Below, piece after piece: positions 29,251 through 39,293 of a DNA stretch of 64,000 nucleotides. The notes beneath the pieces were generated by a model. It saw only the letters and a list, made by a program, of their open reading frames with translations. It did no database searches and was not told where the DNA came from. Numbering within the stretch: the stretch's first letter is position 1; each line of letters begins with the position of its first letter. The translations under genes were made by a program, and so were the position numbers. Where the stretch lies: positions 27,066 through 91,065 of the forward strand of contig CASFYT010000016.1 of the NCBI GenBank assembly GCA_949299015.1. Direction: 5' to 3'. The stretch is from an uncultured Bacillota bacterium. Its GTDB lineage: Bacteria > Bacillota_I > Bacilli_A > RFN20 > CAG-288.

Positions 29251-30127
29251 TCGTCCTCCTCCTTCAGGATTTCGAGAAGCAAGTCTCCCATCCTTTCGAT
29301 GATTCCACAGACCAGGGCATTGCCCATCATGAAGTATCGAGCCGAAGTGGGCATTCCCGTATCCGTCCATCCATCGGGAAAGCCATTCAGCCGCTCGCAT
29401 TCCACCGGCATCAGAAAACGGAGCTTCCCCGTTTCGGGATCGGGAAGGATGTGCGTCGAACGATTGACGGACCCTTCGCTCGTCAACATGGTTCGTCCCG
29501 GAAGATCAAGGGAATCGTAAGGGTTCATTCCGCCCTCGCAGTAGTAATAGGAGAGGCCCGTCGAGGATTGCCTCTCCACCTTCTTCTTCCCTCTCAGATA
29601 GGAGAACTGCTCCTGTTGCTTCGCAGTCAAATAGAAACGTGGATCGTGGCAAGGAAGGACGATACGAGAGAGAGGAGTCGCCTTTTCGGTCAGAGGCGAA
29701 ACCTTGATCGTATAGACTTTCCCATCATGCATCCAGCCCGCATTCTCGAAATGAGCATGAAAACCATCCGAGAAATCGGCAAGATCCAAGAAAGAATCCG
29801 TCAGGGAGATTTCCTGAAGGGGCAAAAGGATGGCCTTGACAGGAAAGGCCTTCGCGAAAATTCCTTCCTTTGTTATAACATCCTCTGGATGATATTTAAG
29901 AATGCTCTTTGCATATTTTGTTTTGTTTCGATAAATGAAAATAAACGTCCTTCTCCTTCTTTGTGCAAATCCATATTCAGCAGCATTCAATACTCTCCAA
30001 AGTGCAGAATACCCCAAATCATGGAGACAGCGAAGGATGATTCCGAAGTCCCTTCCCCGCTGTCCTTTAGGAGAAAGAATCAACCGATTGACGTTTTCCA
30101 GTATTCCGTAAGCAGGATGCTTAAGGA
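29247..30127 (-). CDS. C5-cytosine DNA methyltransferase, 3' portion (motifs VI-X), disconnected from its 5' portion in this orientation
   Basis: From LKHPAYGILENVNRL (ENV), through AEYGFAQRRRRTFIFI (QxRxR), to RYFMMGNALVCGIIERMG (GNxV). The 73 residues upstream in track ORF 29247..30329 are antisense of the inverted segment. Confidence 0.85.
30109..30127. repeat. Left inverted repeat of the invertible segment
   Basis: TAAGCAGGATGCTTAAGGA is the exact reverse complement of 30508..30526. Confidence 0.95.
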
Positions 30128-30140
30128 TTATAATTGAGCC

Positions 30141-30527
30141 ATGAAACCAACAGCTATAGAACTTTTTGCCGGCGTCGGCGGATTCCGTGTTGGACTCAAT
30201 AAAGTGCGTCTTGTCGAGGGACAGACGATAGAAGAAAAACGATTTGAATTTTTGTACGCCAATCAGTGGGAACCCGGGAAAAAACGTCAATATGCTTTTG
30301 AATGTTATAAAAAGCGGTTTGGAAATCAAACCGAAAGATTAGAGAACGTCGATATTTCTCTAGTCGATAAAAAGACGATTCCGGACTTCAACGTCTTGAC
30401 TGCAGGGTTCCCCTGTCAAGACTATTCCGTTGCACGAAAAACGCACTCAAAAACAGGCATAGAAGGCAAAAAAGGCGTCCTCTGGTGGCAACTTAAGGAA
30501 CTTCTATTCCTTAAGCATCCTGCTTAA
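30141..30527 (+). CDS. C5-cytosine DNA methyltransferase, 5' portion (motifs I-V), on the opposite strand from the rest of the gene
   Basis: MKPTAIELFAGVGGFRVGL (FxGxG), LTAGFPCQDYSVARK (PCQ), GKKGVLWWQLKELLFLKHPA, then a TAA created at the repeat junction. TATAAT at 30129..30134 lies 6 nt before the ATG, with no SD. Confidence 0.85.
   Translation: MKPTAIELFAGVGGFRVGLNKVRLVEGQTIEEKRFEFLYANQWEPGKKRQYAFECYKKRFGNQTERLENVDISLVDKKTIPDFNVLTAGFPCQDYSVARKTHSKTGIEGKKGVLWWQLKELLFLKHPA
30508..30526. repeat. Right inverted repeat of the invertible segment
   Basis: TCCTTAAGCATCCTGCTTA is the exact reverse complement of 30109..30127. Confidence 0.95.
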
Positions 30528-30596
30528 TAACTTTTTTCTCTCTCTTCATTCACAGCCCGCAAGCGGGAGGCCAATAGATTGTGAGGGAGGAATATT

Positions 30597-31523
30597 GTGT
30601 CATATCGCTTTATGGACGTTGCATACGCCTGGCTGGAGGAACGAAAGGATTTCGTCAAGCCTTCCACATATGCCCTTTATCGTTGGGATGTCGAAAAGGT
30701 CTTCTCTCATTACTTTCAAACCATCGACGGCTCTTTCGACGATCAGGTCCAGCGCTTCGCCTTATCCCAGTGGAAGCAGGGGCTGAAGCCCAAGACCATC
30801 AAGGATCGAATCTCCCTGATACGGGCGATCTATGAATTCGGCTCGCAAAAGGGATGGTGGCCTTTCCACAGACTCCACGTCCAATATCCGACGTTCGAAG
30901 AAAGGAATACGCTGTCTGTCCTGGAAATCCAAGAGCAGAAAAGTCTTCTTCGCTATCTCGACGAACACCTCAACTTCCACAATCTCGGCCTGATGATCTG
31001 CCTGGAGGAAGGACTCCGGATCGGCGAAATCTGTTCCTTGCGTTTCATGGACATCGATGCCGAAAGGGGCGTCGTCCACGTCCGCCATACCATTCAGCGA
31101 ATCTATTCCTACGAGCGACACCGCTCCGAATTGCATATCGATCGTCCCAAGACCTCGAATTCCGAGAGGGAAATTCCCATGACGAAGTCCCTGCAGAGAA
31201 AGGTCGCCTCCCTTCAGCATCTCTCGAAGCCGGACCATTACGTCCTCACGAATGGTGAAAAGCCCCTCGAGCCTCGTGCCTTTCGCGCTTATTTCTCCCG
31301 CCTCCTCAAACGCCTGCAGCTCTCTCCCATCCGCTTTCACGGCCTCCGGCACAGCTTTGCGACCCGATGCGTCGAGGCGGGATGCGACTACAAGACGCTG
31401 AGCGCAATCCTAGGGCATGCCAACATCGGAACCACGCTCAACCTCTACGTCCATCCCGATCATGAACAGAAGATGAAATGCATCAACCAAATGATGGAAA
31501 GACTGGGCAGGAAGGAATCCTGA
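30597..31523 (+). CDS. Tyrosine site-specific recombinase (integrase/invertase family)
   Basis: GTG start after a GGGAGG RBS. Catalytic signature EEGLRIGEI (R), HGLRHSFATR (HxxR), LGHANIGTT (H) and LNLYVH (Y). Confidence 0.9.
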   Translation: MSYRFMDVAYAWLEERKDFVKPSTYALYRWDVEKVFSHYFQTIDGSFDDQVQRFALSQWKQGLKPKTIKDRISLIRAIYEFGSQKGWWPFHRLHVQYPTFEERNTLSVLEIQEQKSLLRYLDEHLNFHNLGLMICLEEGLRIGEICSLRFMDIDAERGVVHVRHTIQRIYSYERHRSELHIDRPKTSNSEREIPMTKSLQRKVASLQHLSKPDHYVLTNGEKPLEPRAFRAYFSRLLKRLQLSPIRFHGLRHSFATRCVEAGCDYKTLSAILGHANIGTTLNLYVHPDHEQKMKCINQMMERLGRKES

Positions 31524-31702
31524 ACTTTCGAAAACCGAATTTCTCGAGTCCTTTTTCTATTTTCCTTCATGATTCTCCGTTTTCTAGGAAATCTCGAGCC
31601 TGCGAAAAGGAAGAAACAGGTCCCGAAAAGGAAGTCGCCGTGCATCTAGGAAAGACTTCCAAAATCGTGTATAATTGAAAGCGCTTAAAAGGAGAGAAAA
31701 CC

Positions 31703-33646
<1,944 letters not shown>

Positions 33647-33660
33647 CCGTCCTTCGACTG

Positions 33661-33692
33661 AAGGAGCCCCGGCCGGGGCTCCTTTTCTTTCT
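33661..33692 (+). terminator. Rho-independent terminator
   Basis: GGAGCCCCGG/CCGGGGCTCC hairpin followed by TTTTCTTTCTC. Confidence 0.75.
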
Positions 33693-33710
33693 CTCGGAAA
33701 GGAGGTCTCC

Positions 33711-34208
33711 ATGTCCCTCTTTCACCTGCGGTCCTATCGAAGCGAGGACATCCAGGAAGTCCTCTCTGTCTTTCGCGAGTCGATCACCGTCACCTGTGCC
33801 AAGGACTATTCCATGCAGCAGAGGACGGCATGGCTTTCCGGCGGAGAGCCGGAGCGATTCGACGCGAGGCTCCAGGAGAGCTTCTCCCTCGTGGCCATCG
33901 TCGACGGAAAGGTCGTCGGATTCGGAAACCTCGCCGAAGGAAACCGGATCGACCTGCTCTACGTCCGTCCTTCCTTCCAACGAAAAGGCATCGCCTCCGC
34001 CCTCTTGGAGGCGTTGGAAGAAAAGGCCGCAGGAGCGACGGAGGTCGAGACGTCCATGACCGCCCTTCCCTTCTTCCTGTCCCACGGCTATCGCCTTGTC
34101 GTCGAGCAGACCGTCTATCGGATGGGGGTCGCCCTGAAGAACAACCGGATGCGCAAGGAGAGAGGGGCGCCTTCCTACCGATTCCCTTCCTTCTCCAGCT
34201 TCCGGTAG
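33711..34208 (+). CDS. GNAT family N-acetyltransferase
   Basis: LRSYRSEDIQEVLSVF ... IDLLYVRPSFQRKGIASALLEALEEKA (acetyl-CoA binding motif A). Confidence 0.8.
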   Translation: MSLFHLRSYRSEDIQEVLSVFRESITVTCAKDYSMQQRTAWLSGGEPERFDARLQESFSLVAIVDGKVVGFGNLAEGNRIDLLYVRPSFQRKGIASALLEALEEKAAGATEVETSMTALPFFLSHGYRLVVEQTVYRMGVALKNNRMRKERGAPSYRFPSFSSFR

Positions 34209-35209
34209 CGCTCGATCCAGCGAAGGTATTCTCCGCTCTCGACGTGCCGAAGCCATTCCGAATGGGAAAGATTCCAGTCGATGGTCTCCCGGATGCCTTC
34301 CTCGAAGGTATGGCTCGGCTTCCAACCGAGTTCCTTTTCGATCTTGTCCGCGCAGATCGCATAGCGGCGGTCGTGGCCGGGGCGGTCGCGGACGAAGGCG
34401 ATCTGCGATTCCTCCCTTCCCAGGGCGGAAAGGATCGTTCGGACGACTTCCAGGTTGCTTCTCTCGTTGTGGCCTCCGACGTTGTAGACCTCTCCCGAGC
34501 GGCCGTGGCGCACGACGAGGTCGATGGCCTTGCAGTGGTCGGCGACATGGAGCCAGTCGCGGACGTTCCTCCCGTCTCCATAGACAGGAAGCCTTTCGCC
34601 GCGCCGGGCCTTCTGGATCATGAGAGGAATCAGCTTCTCCGGGAACTGATAGGGCCCGTAATTGTTGGAACAGCGCGAAATCGTGACGTTCAGGCCGAAG
34701 GTCCGATGATAGGCCTGGACAAGAAGGTCGGCCGAGGCCTTGGAGGCCGAATAGGGAGAGGAAGCCTTGAGCGGATTGTCCTCGTGGAAGAGGAGGTCCT
34801 TCCTTTCCAGGGGAAGGTCGCCGTAGACCTCGTCCGTCGAGACCTGGTGATAGCGGCCGACGCTCCACTTGCGGCAGGCGTCCATCAGGACCTGGACGCC
34901 AAGGACGTTCGTCTCCAGGAAGATGGCCGGGTTCTCGATCGAACGATCGACGTGGGATTCCGCAGCGAAGTTGATCACGATGTCGAAGCGTTCCCTCTCG
35001 AAGAGGGCGTCGACGAAGTCGCGGTCGCGGATGTCCCCCTTGACAAAGCGGAAATTCGGAAGGCCGAGAAGGTCCTCCAACGTCTCCATGTTGCCGGCGT
35101 AGGTCAGGCTGTCGAGGCAGACATACTCGTCTTGCGGATATTTCTTCGTCATGAGGTGGAGGAAATTGCCGCCGATGAAGCCGGCTCCTCCTGTCACCAA
35201 GATCTTCAT
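34175..35209 (-). CDS. rfbB: dTDP-glucose 4,6-dehydratase
   Basis: MKILVTGGAGFIGGNF, YSASKASADLLV (YxxxK) and the VYGDGRNVRDWLHVADH signature. Confidence 0.95.
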   Translation of the reverse strand: MKILVTGGAGFIGGNFLHLMTKKYPQDEYVCLDSLTYAGNMETLEDLLGLPNFRFVKGDIRDRDFVDALFERERFDIVINFAAESHVDRSIENPAIFLETNVLGVQVLMDACRKWSVGRYHQVSTDEVYGDLPLERKDLLFHEDNPLKASSPYSASKASADLLVQAYHRTFGLNVTISRCSNNYGPYQFPEKLIPLMIQKARRGERLPVYGDGRNVRDWLHVADHCKAIDLVVRHGRSGEVYNVGGHNERSNLEVVRTILSALGREESQIAFVRDRPGHDRRYAICADKIEKELGWKPSHTFEEGIRETIDWNLSHSEWLRHVESGEYLRWIERYRKLEKEGNR

Positions 35210-36066
35210 CGTCCTTCCTCCTTTTCCATCAGAAAGCGCCGCAGGGCATCGCGCCAGGGAGGGAGCAGGGAAAAGCCGTGCTCCACGAGCGATCTCTTGC
35301 TCAGTTTCGTTCGAAGCGGCCGAGTCGCCTTGACGTTTCCGGACTTGGAATAGTCTTCGGTCGTCACGGGAATGATATGAACATCTTTTCTTGTTTCTTC
35401 CGATATGGCTTTTGCAAATTCATACCAAGAGCAAAATCCTTCATTCGTTGCATGATAAAGACCATACTTCTGTGTCTTTATCATTTTGCAAAGAAGGGAG
35501 GCCAAATCCTTGGCATAGGTCGGCGAGCCGATCTGGTCTGAGACGACCTGGATTTCCCTGTGCGTCGCAAAGAGCCGCAGCATGGTGTCGACGAAGTTCC
35601 TTCCCCTGCCGAAGACCCAGGCCGTCCGGACGACGAAGGAGCGTTCGTAGCCGAGGGCAAGGACCTCCCCTTCCCGCTTTGTCCTTCCGTAGACGTTCAA
35701 GGGATGAGGGAGGCTTGTGACCTCATAGCATTCATCCTCGGCCTGTCGTCCATCAAAGACGTAGTCGGTCGAGACGTGAAGGAAGGGAATCCGGAGGAGT
35801 CGGCAGTTCTCGACCATCCTTCCGACCGCCGTCGCATTGATTCGGCGGCAGGTCTCTTCCTCGTCCTCCGCCCTGTCGACGGCCGTATAGGCGGCAAGGT
35901 TCATCACGGCATCCGGGCGGAGCGTCTGCAGCACGTCGACCGTCTCGACCTTGGTCAGGTCGATCTCCGTGCGGTCGAGGGCGACGAGGTCGATTCCTTC
36001 CTTCGAAAGGAGAAGGCGGCATTCGCTTCCGACCTGTCCTTCCGCCCCAAAGAGAACGATTCTCAC
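35206..36066 (-). CDS. rfbD: dTDP-4-dehydrorhamnose reductase
   Basis: MRIVLFGAEGQVG..., HVSTDYVFDG, YGRTKREGE. 4-nt overlaps with its neighbours. Confidence 0.92.
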   Translation of the reverse strand: MRIVLFGAEGQVGSECRLLLSKEGIDLVALDRTEIDLTKVETVDVLQTLRPDAVMNLAAYTAVDRAEDEEETCRRINATAVGRMVENCRLLRIPFLHVSTDYVFDGRQAEDECYEVTSLPHPLNVYGRTKREGEVLALGYERSFVVRTAWVFGRGRNFVDTMLRLFATHREIQVVSDQIGSPTYAKDLASLLCKMIKTQKYGLYHATNEGFCSWYEFAKAISEETRKDVHIIPVTTEDYSKSGNVKATRPLRTKLSKRSLVEHGFSLLPPWRDALRRFLMEKEEGR

Positions 36067-36620
36067 TGGTCACCTCCCCCGAAGGCGATGGGGCCGTCCT
36101 TCAGGAAGGGGTGGGCCTCGTCCTTCGGCGAAAGGATCCTCCTTCCGACCTCCGGCCACAGGATGGCGATGTCCGGATCGTCGTAACGGATTCCTCCTTC
36201 GTCCTCCGGATGGTAGAAGTCGTCGCACTTATAGACGAACTTCGCCGTTTCGCTCAGGACCAGAAAGCCGTGCGCGAAGCCGCGGGGAATGAGGAACATC
36301 TTGCGGTTGACGTCGCTCAGGACGACGCCGACCCACTTCCCGTAGGTCCTGGAATCCTTGCGTAGGTCGACGGCCACGTCGAAGACCTCCCCTTGGACGA
36401 CGCGGACGAGCTTGGCCTGCGGATGCCTCTTCTGGAAGTGAAGGCCGCGCAGGACGCCTCGGGAGGAAAGGCTCTCGTTGTCCTGGACGAAATCGTAGAA
36501 GAGGCCGTTCTTCTCGAACTCCCTCTTGTTGTAGGTCTCCATGAAGTATCCCCTCTGGTCCCCGAAGGCACGGGGCGTCAGGACGAGGAGTCCTTCGATC
36601 GACGTCTTTTCGATATCCAT
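36063..36620 (-). CDS. rfbC: dTDP-4-dehydrorhamnose 3,5-epimerase
   Basis: IEGLLVLTPRAFGDQRGYFMETY, RGLHFQ, KLVRVVQGEVFDVAVDLR and FLIPRGFAHGF motifs. Confidence 0.95.
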   Translation of the reverse strand: MDIEKTSIEGLLVLTPRAFGDQRGYFMETYNKREFEKNGLFYDFVQDNESLSSRGVLRGLHFQKRHPQAKLVRVVQGEVFDVAVDLRKDSRTYGKWVGVVLSDVNRKMFLIPRGFAHGFLVLSETAKFVYKCDDFYHPEDEGGIRYDDPDIAILWPEVGRRILSPKDEAHPFLKDGPIAFGGGDQ

Positions 36621-36632
36621 GTCCTTGCCTCC

Positions 36633-37520
36633 CTATCGTTCGTCGCGCCCTTTTGCCACCTTCAGCAGATAGCGACCATAGTCGCTCTTCTCCATCGCCT
36701 TCCCGGAGGCAAGAAGGACCTCCTTCTCGATCCAGCCGTTCTGAAAGGCGATTTCCTCGGGACAGCAGATCATGCGGTCCTGATGGTCTTCGACCGCCTT
36801 GACGAAATTGCTCGCGTCGAAGAGGGAATCCATCGTTCCCGTGTCCAGCCACGAAAAGCCCCTGCCGAAGACCTGAACGTGCATCCTTCCGTCCTGAAGG
36901 TAGAGGTTGTTCAAGTCCGTGATCTCCAGTTCGCCGCGTGCGGAGGGGCGAAGGCTCCTCGCTCTCCTGGAAACTCCCGCCGGATAGAAGTACAGGCCCG
37001 TGACCGCCACGTTCGACTGGGGGTGGGGACTCTTCTCCACGATCCTCTCGGGACGGCCCTCCGAATCGAATTCGACAACGCCGAAGCGTTCGGGATCTTT
37101 GACGGAGTAGCCGAAGACCGTCGCCTGATTGTCCTTCTCGGCGCGAAGAAGGGCTTTTCTCAGGAGGGAGGTCAGGCCGTCTCCATGGAAGAGGTTGTCT
37201 CCCAGGACCATGCAGGAGGCTTCCCCGCCGAGGAAGGACTCCCCCAGAAGGAAGGCCTGGGCAAGGCCGTCCGGGCGTTCCTGGACGACATAGGACAGAT
37301 GGACGCCAAACCGCTCCCCGTCCTTGAGGAGCTCTCGGAAGCGAGGCGTGTCCTCCGGCGTCGAAACCAGGAGGATGTCCCGGATTCCCGCCATCATCAA
37401 GACAGAGAGCGGATAATAGATCATCGGCTTGTCATAGACGGGCAGAAGCTGCTTCGAGGTCACGAGCGTCAGCGGGTAAAGCCGGGTCCCGCTTCCTCCG
37501 GCGAGAATGATGCCTTTCAT
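36633..37520 (-). CDS. rfbA: Glucose-1-phosphate thymidylyltransferase
   Basis: MKGIILAGGSGTRLYPLT, KQLLPVYDKPMIYYPL and LGDNLFHG motifs. GGAGG RBS before the ATG at 37520. Confidence 0.95.
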   Translation of the reverse strand: MKGIILAGGSGTRLYPLTLVTSKQLLPVYDKPMIYYPLSVLMMAGIRDILLVSTPEDTPRFRELLKDGERFGVHLSYVVQERPDGLAQAFLLGESFLGGEASCMVLGDNLFHGDGLTSLLRKALLRAEKDNQATVFGYSVKDPERFGVVEFDSEGRPERIVEKSPHPQSNVAVTGLYFYPAGVSRRARSLRPSARGELEITDLNNLYLQDGRMHVQVFGRGFSWLDTGTMDSLFDASNFVKAVEDHQDRMICCPEEIAFQNGWIEKEVLLASGKAMEKSDYGRYLLKVAKGRDER

Positions 37521-37649
37521 CGTTTGCCTCCTCATTGGAGACGATTGTAACACGCCGGAAGACGAAATTCGGCAGGAGAAAAGCCCCCGCGTGCATTTTT
37601 CTCCCCTTTGTCTATAATAGTAAAGCTTCAATCAGAAAGGAGAAATTGG

Positions 37650-39155
37650 ATGAAATCGACCCGTTTCTCGCTGTTTTTCTCCCTCCTCCTGCTCTGCTCC
37701 TGCCAGCCGGTTTCCTCGACGACGTCCCTGTCTTCCTCCATCCCGCCTTCTTCCTCCAGCTCGTCAAGCCTTCAACCCCCTTCCTCTTCGAGTTCCAGCG
37801 CCTCGTCCTCGCAGGCCTCCGGCGACGGCATCGTCACGCTCTACAGCGTCAACGACTTTCACGGCAAGGTCGAACAGGACGACCAGTATCCGGGCTTCCT
37901 CGCCCTGCAGGGATCCATCAAGAGCGACGAGCGATATGAAAAGTCCTCGCTCTTCTTCTCGGCAGGAGACATGTGGCAGGGAAGCTACGTGTCCGGATAC
38001 GACAAGGGACGGACGACGACGGAGCTGATGAACGCCTTCCCCTTCTCGGCCATGGCCCTTGGCAACCACGAATTCGACTGGGGCGTCGAGACGATTCAGG
38101 AGAACCTCGCCGTCGCCGACTTCCCCATCCTCTGCGCCAACCTCGTCGAAGAAGAGACGGGACAGAGGCCCTCATGGATTCAGGACCACGTCACCCTCGA
38201 GGTGGAAGGACACCGGTTGGGCGTCGTCGGAGCCATCGGCGCCGATCTCGAAAGCGACATCAAGGCCTCGAAGCTGGAGGGGTATTCCTTCACGAACAGC
38301 CGTTCCGTCCTCCAAGCGTCGTATCAGGCCTGCGTGGACGAAGGGGCCGAGATGGTCCTTCTCCTCCTCCATGACGATGAGGATTCAGGATATACAAACC
38401 TCATTCAAAGCTCAGGAATCGGCTTTTCTGCCATCTTTGGCGGACACTCCCATCAATTCCAAAACGAGACCAATCCGGAGATGCCCTATGTTCAAGGAGG
38501 TGCCGATTCGAGGGGTTATTCCTACCTGCAATTGGACTTCAATGCCAGGAAAGTGGTGGACATCGGATTCGAGACGGTCAACCGCGAGTACGATAGCTTT
38601 GCCGACACCGCCTTCCAGGCGGAAGTCGAAGAGGCCGTCGAAAGCGTTCCGATCGAGACCCTGGGATATATCGAAGGCAACTGGGACACGGAGGCGACGG
38701 CCCAGCTCGTCGTCCAGGCGATGTTCTCCGCGGCCTGCGAGGCCTACCCCGAAAGGAACTACAGCGAAGAGAACCTTATCGCCGCCCACAATTCCGGCGG
38801 AATCCGCTCCCAGTTCCCCGACAGCAGTCGCCCATATCCCGTCACGATGAAGGACATCCAGCTCGTCTCCCCATTCGACAACGAAGTCTGGGTTCTTCCC
38901 GACAAGACCATCCGCGCCAGCGGAATGAGCTACAACTACTGCTATCCCGACGCCTCCACCCTCGACGGAACCGACGCCGACGTCGTCCTCATCGACTTCC
39001 TCCTCGACATGTACAACGAGCCGATGTACGACTCCGAGGGCGGAGAACCGATCCTCGGAGAGGACGGCCAGCCGGCGGTCATCTACGACATCATCGGCGA
39101 ATACCTCTCGAAGCATTCTTCGATTGACGATCCGCTCCGTCCTTCCGACCTCTGA
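37650..39155 (+). CDS. Lipoprotein 5'-nucleotidase / metallophosphoesterase
   Basis: MKSTRFSLFFSLLLLCSC lipobox, Ser-rich linker, then VNDFHGKV, GDMWQGS, GNHEFDWG and a C-terminal 5'-nucleotidase-type domain. Confidence 0.85.
   Translation: MKSTRFSLFFSLLLLCSCQPVSSTTSLSSSIPPSSSSSSSLQPPSSSSSSASSSQASGDGIVTLYSVNDFHGKVEQDDQYPGFLALQGSIKSDERYEKSSLFFSAGDMWQGSYVSGYDKGRTTTELMNAFPFSAMALGNHEFDWGVETIQENLAVADFPILCANLVEEETGQRPSWIQDHVTLEVEGHRLGVVGAIGADLESDIKASKLEGYSFTNSRSVLQASYQACVDEGAEMVLLLLHDDEDSGYTNLIQSSGIGFSAIFGGHSHQFQNETNPEMPYVQGGADSRGYSYLQLDFNARKVVDIGFETVNREYDSFADTAFQAEVEEAVESVPIETLGYIEGNWDTEATAQLVVQAMFSAACEAYPERNYSEENLIAAHNSGGIRSQFPDSSRPYPVTMKDIQLVSPFDNEVWVLPDKTIRASGMSYNYCYPDASTLDGTDADVVLIDFLLDMYNEPMYDSEGGEPILGEDGQPAVIYDIIGEYLSKHSSIDDPLRPSDL
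37710..37820 (+). repeat. Ser-rich low-complexity linker coding repeat
   Basis: Encodes VSSTTSLSSSIPPSSSSSSSLQPPSSSSSSASSSQAS. Confidence 0.9.
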
Positions 39156-39170
39156 TTGGCATCTGCCGCT

Positions 39171-39201
39171 GAGGGGGACTTCATCGGAAGTCCCTCTTTT
39201 C
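39171..39201 (+). terminator. Probable rho-independent terminator (imperfect stem)
   Basis: GAGGGGGACTTC-ATCG-GAAGTCCCTC followed by TTTT. Confidence 0.45.
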
Positions 39202-39293
39202 GTTCGGAAAAATCCTCGAGACGGCATCGGTTCCGGGAAAGAAAAGGCTTTCTTGCTGTATAATAGTTAGAATTCAATCAGGAGGTCCTTTCC

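Larger units (their letters stand above)
30109..30526. mobile_element. 418-bp invertible DNA segment carrying the start of the methyltransferase gene
   Basis: Bounded by perfect 19-bp inverted repeats located exactly at the break in the methyltransferase reading frame. A tyrosine recombinase gene lies 70 bp away. Inversion restores a 415-aa ORF in frame. Confidence 0.75.

Noticed and set aside
29251-29400. Longer start for the MutH-like ORF (track 28549..29400)
   Set aside because: The extension lies entirely inside the methyltransferase 3' coding region. The Met at 29250 forms an ATGA overlap with the methyltransferase stop, matching the coupling pattern seen at the next two junctions.
30128-30329. 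N-terminal 73 residues of track ORF 29247..30329 (MISKPLFITFKS...)
   Set aside because: This part is simply the antisense translation of the inverted methyltransferase 5' fragment. It carries no methyltransferase motif I or IV, so the 360-aa ORF is not a genuine intact protein.
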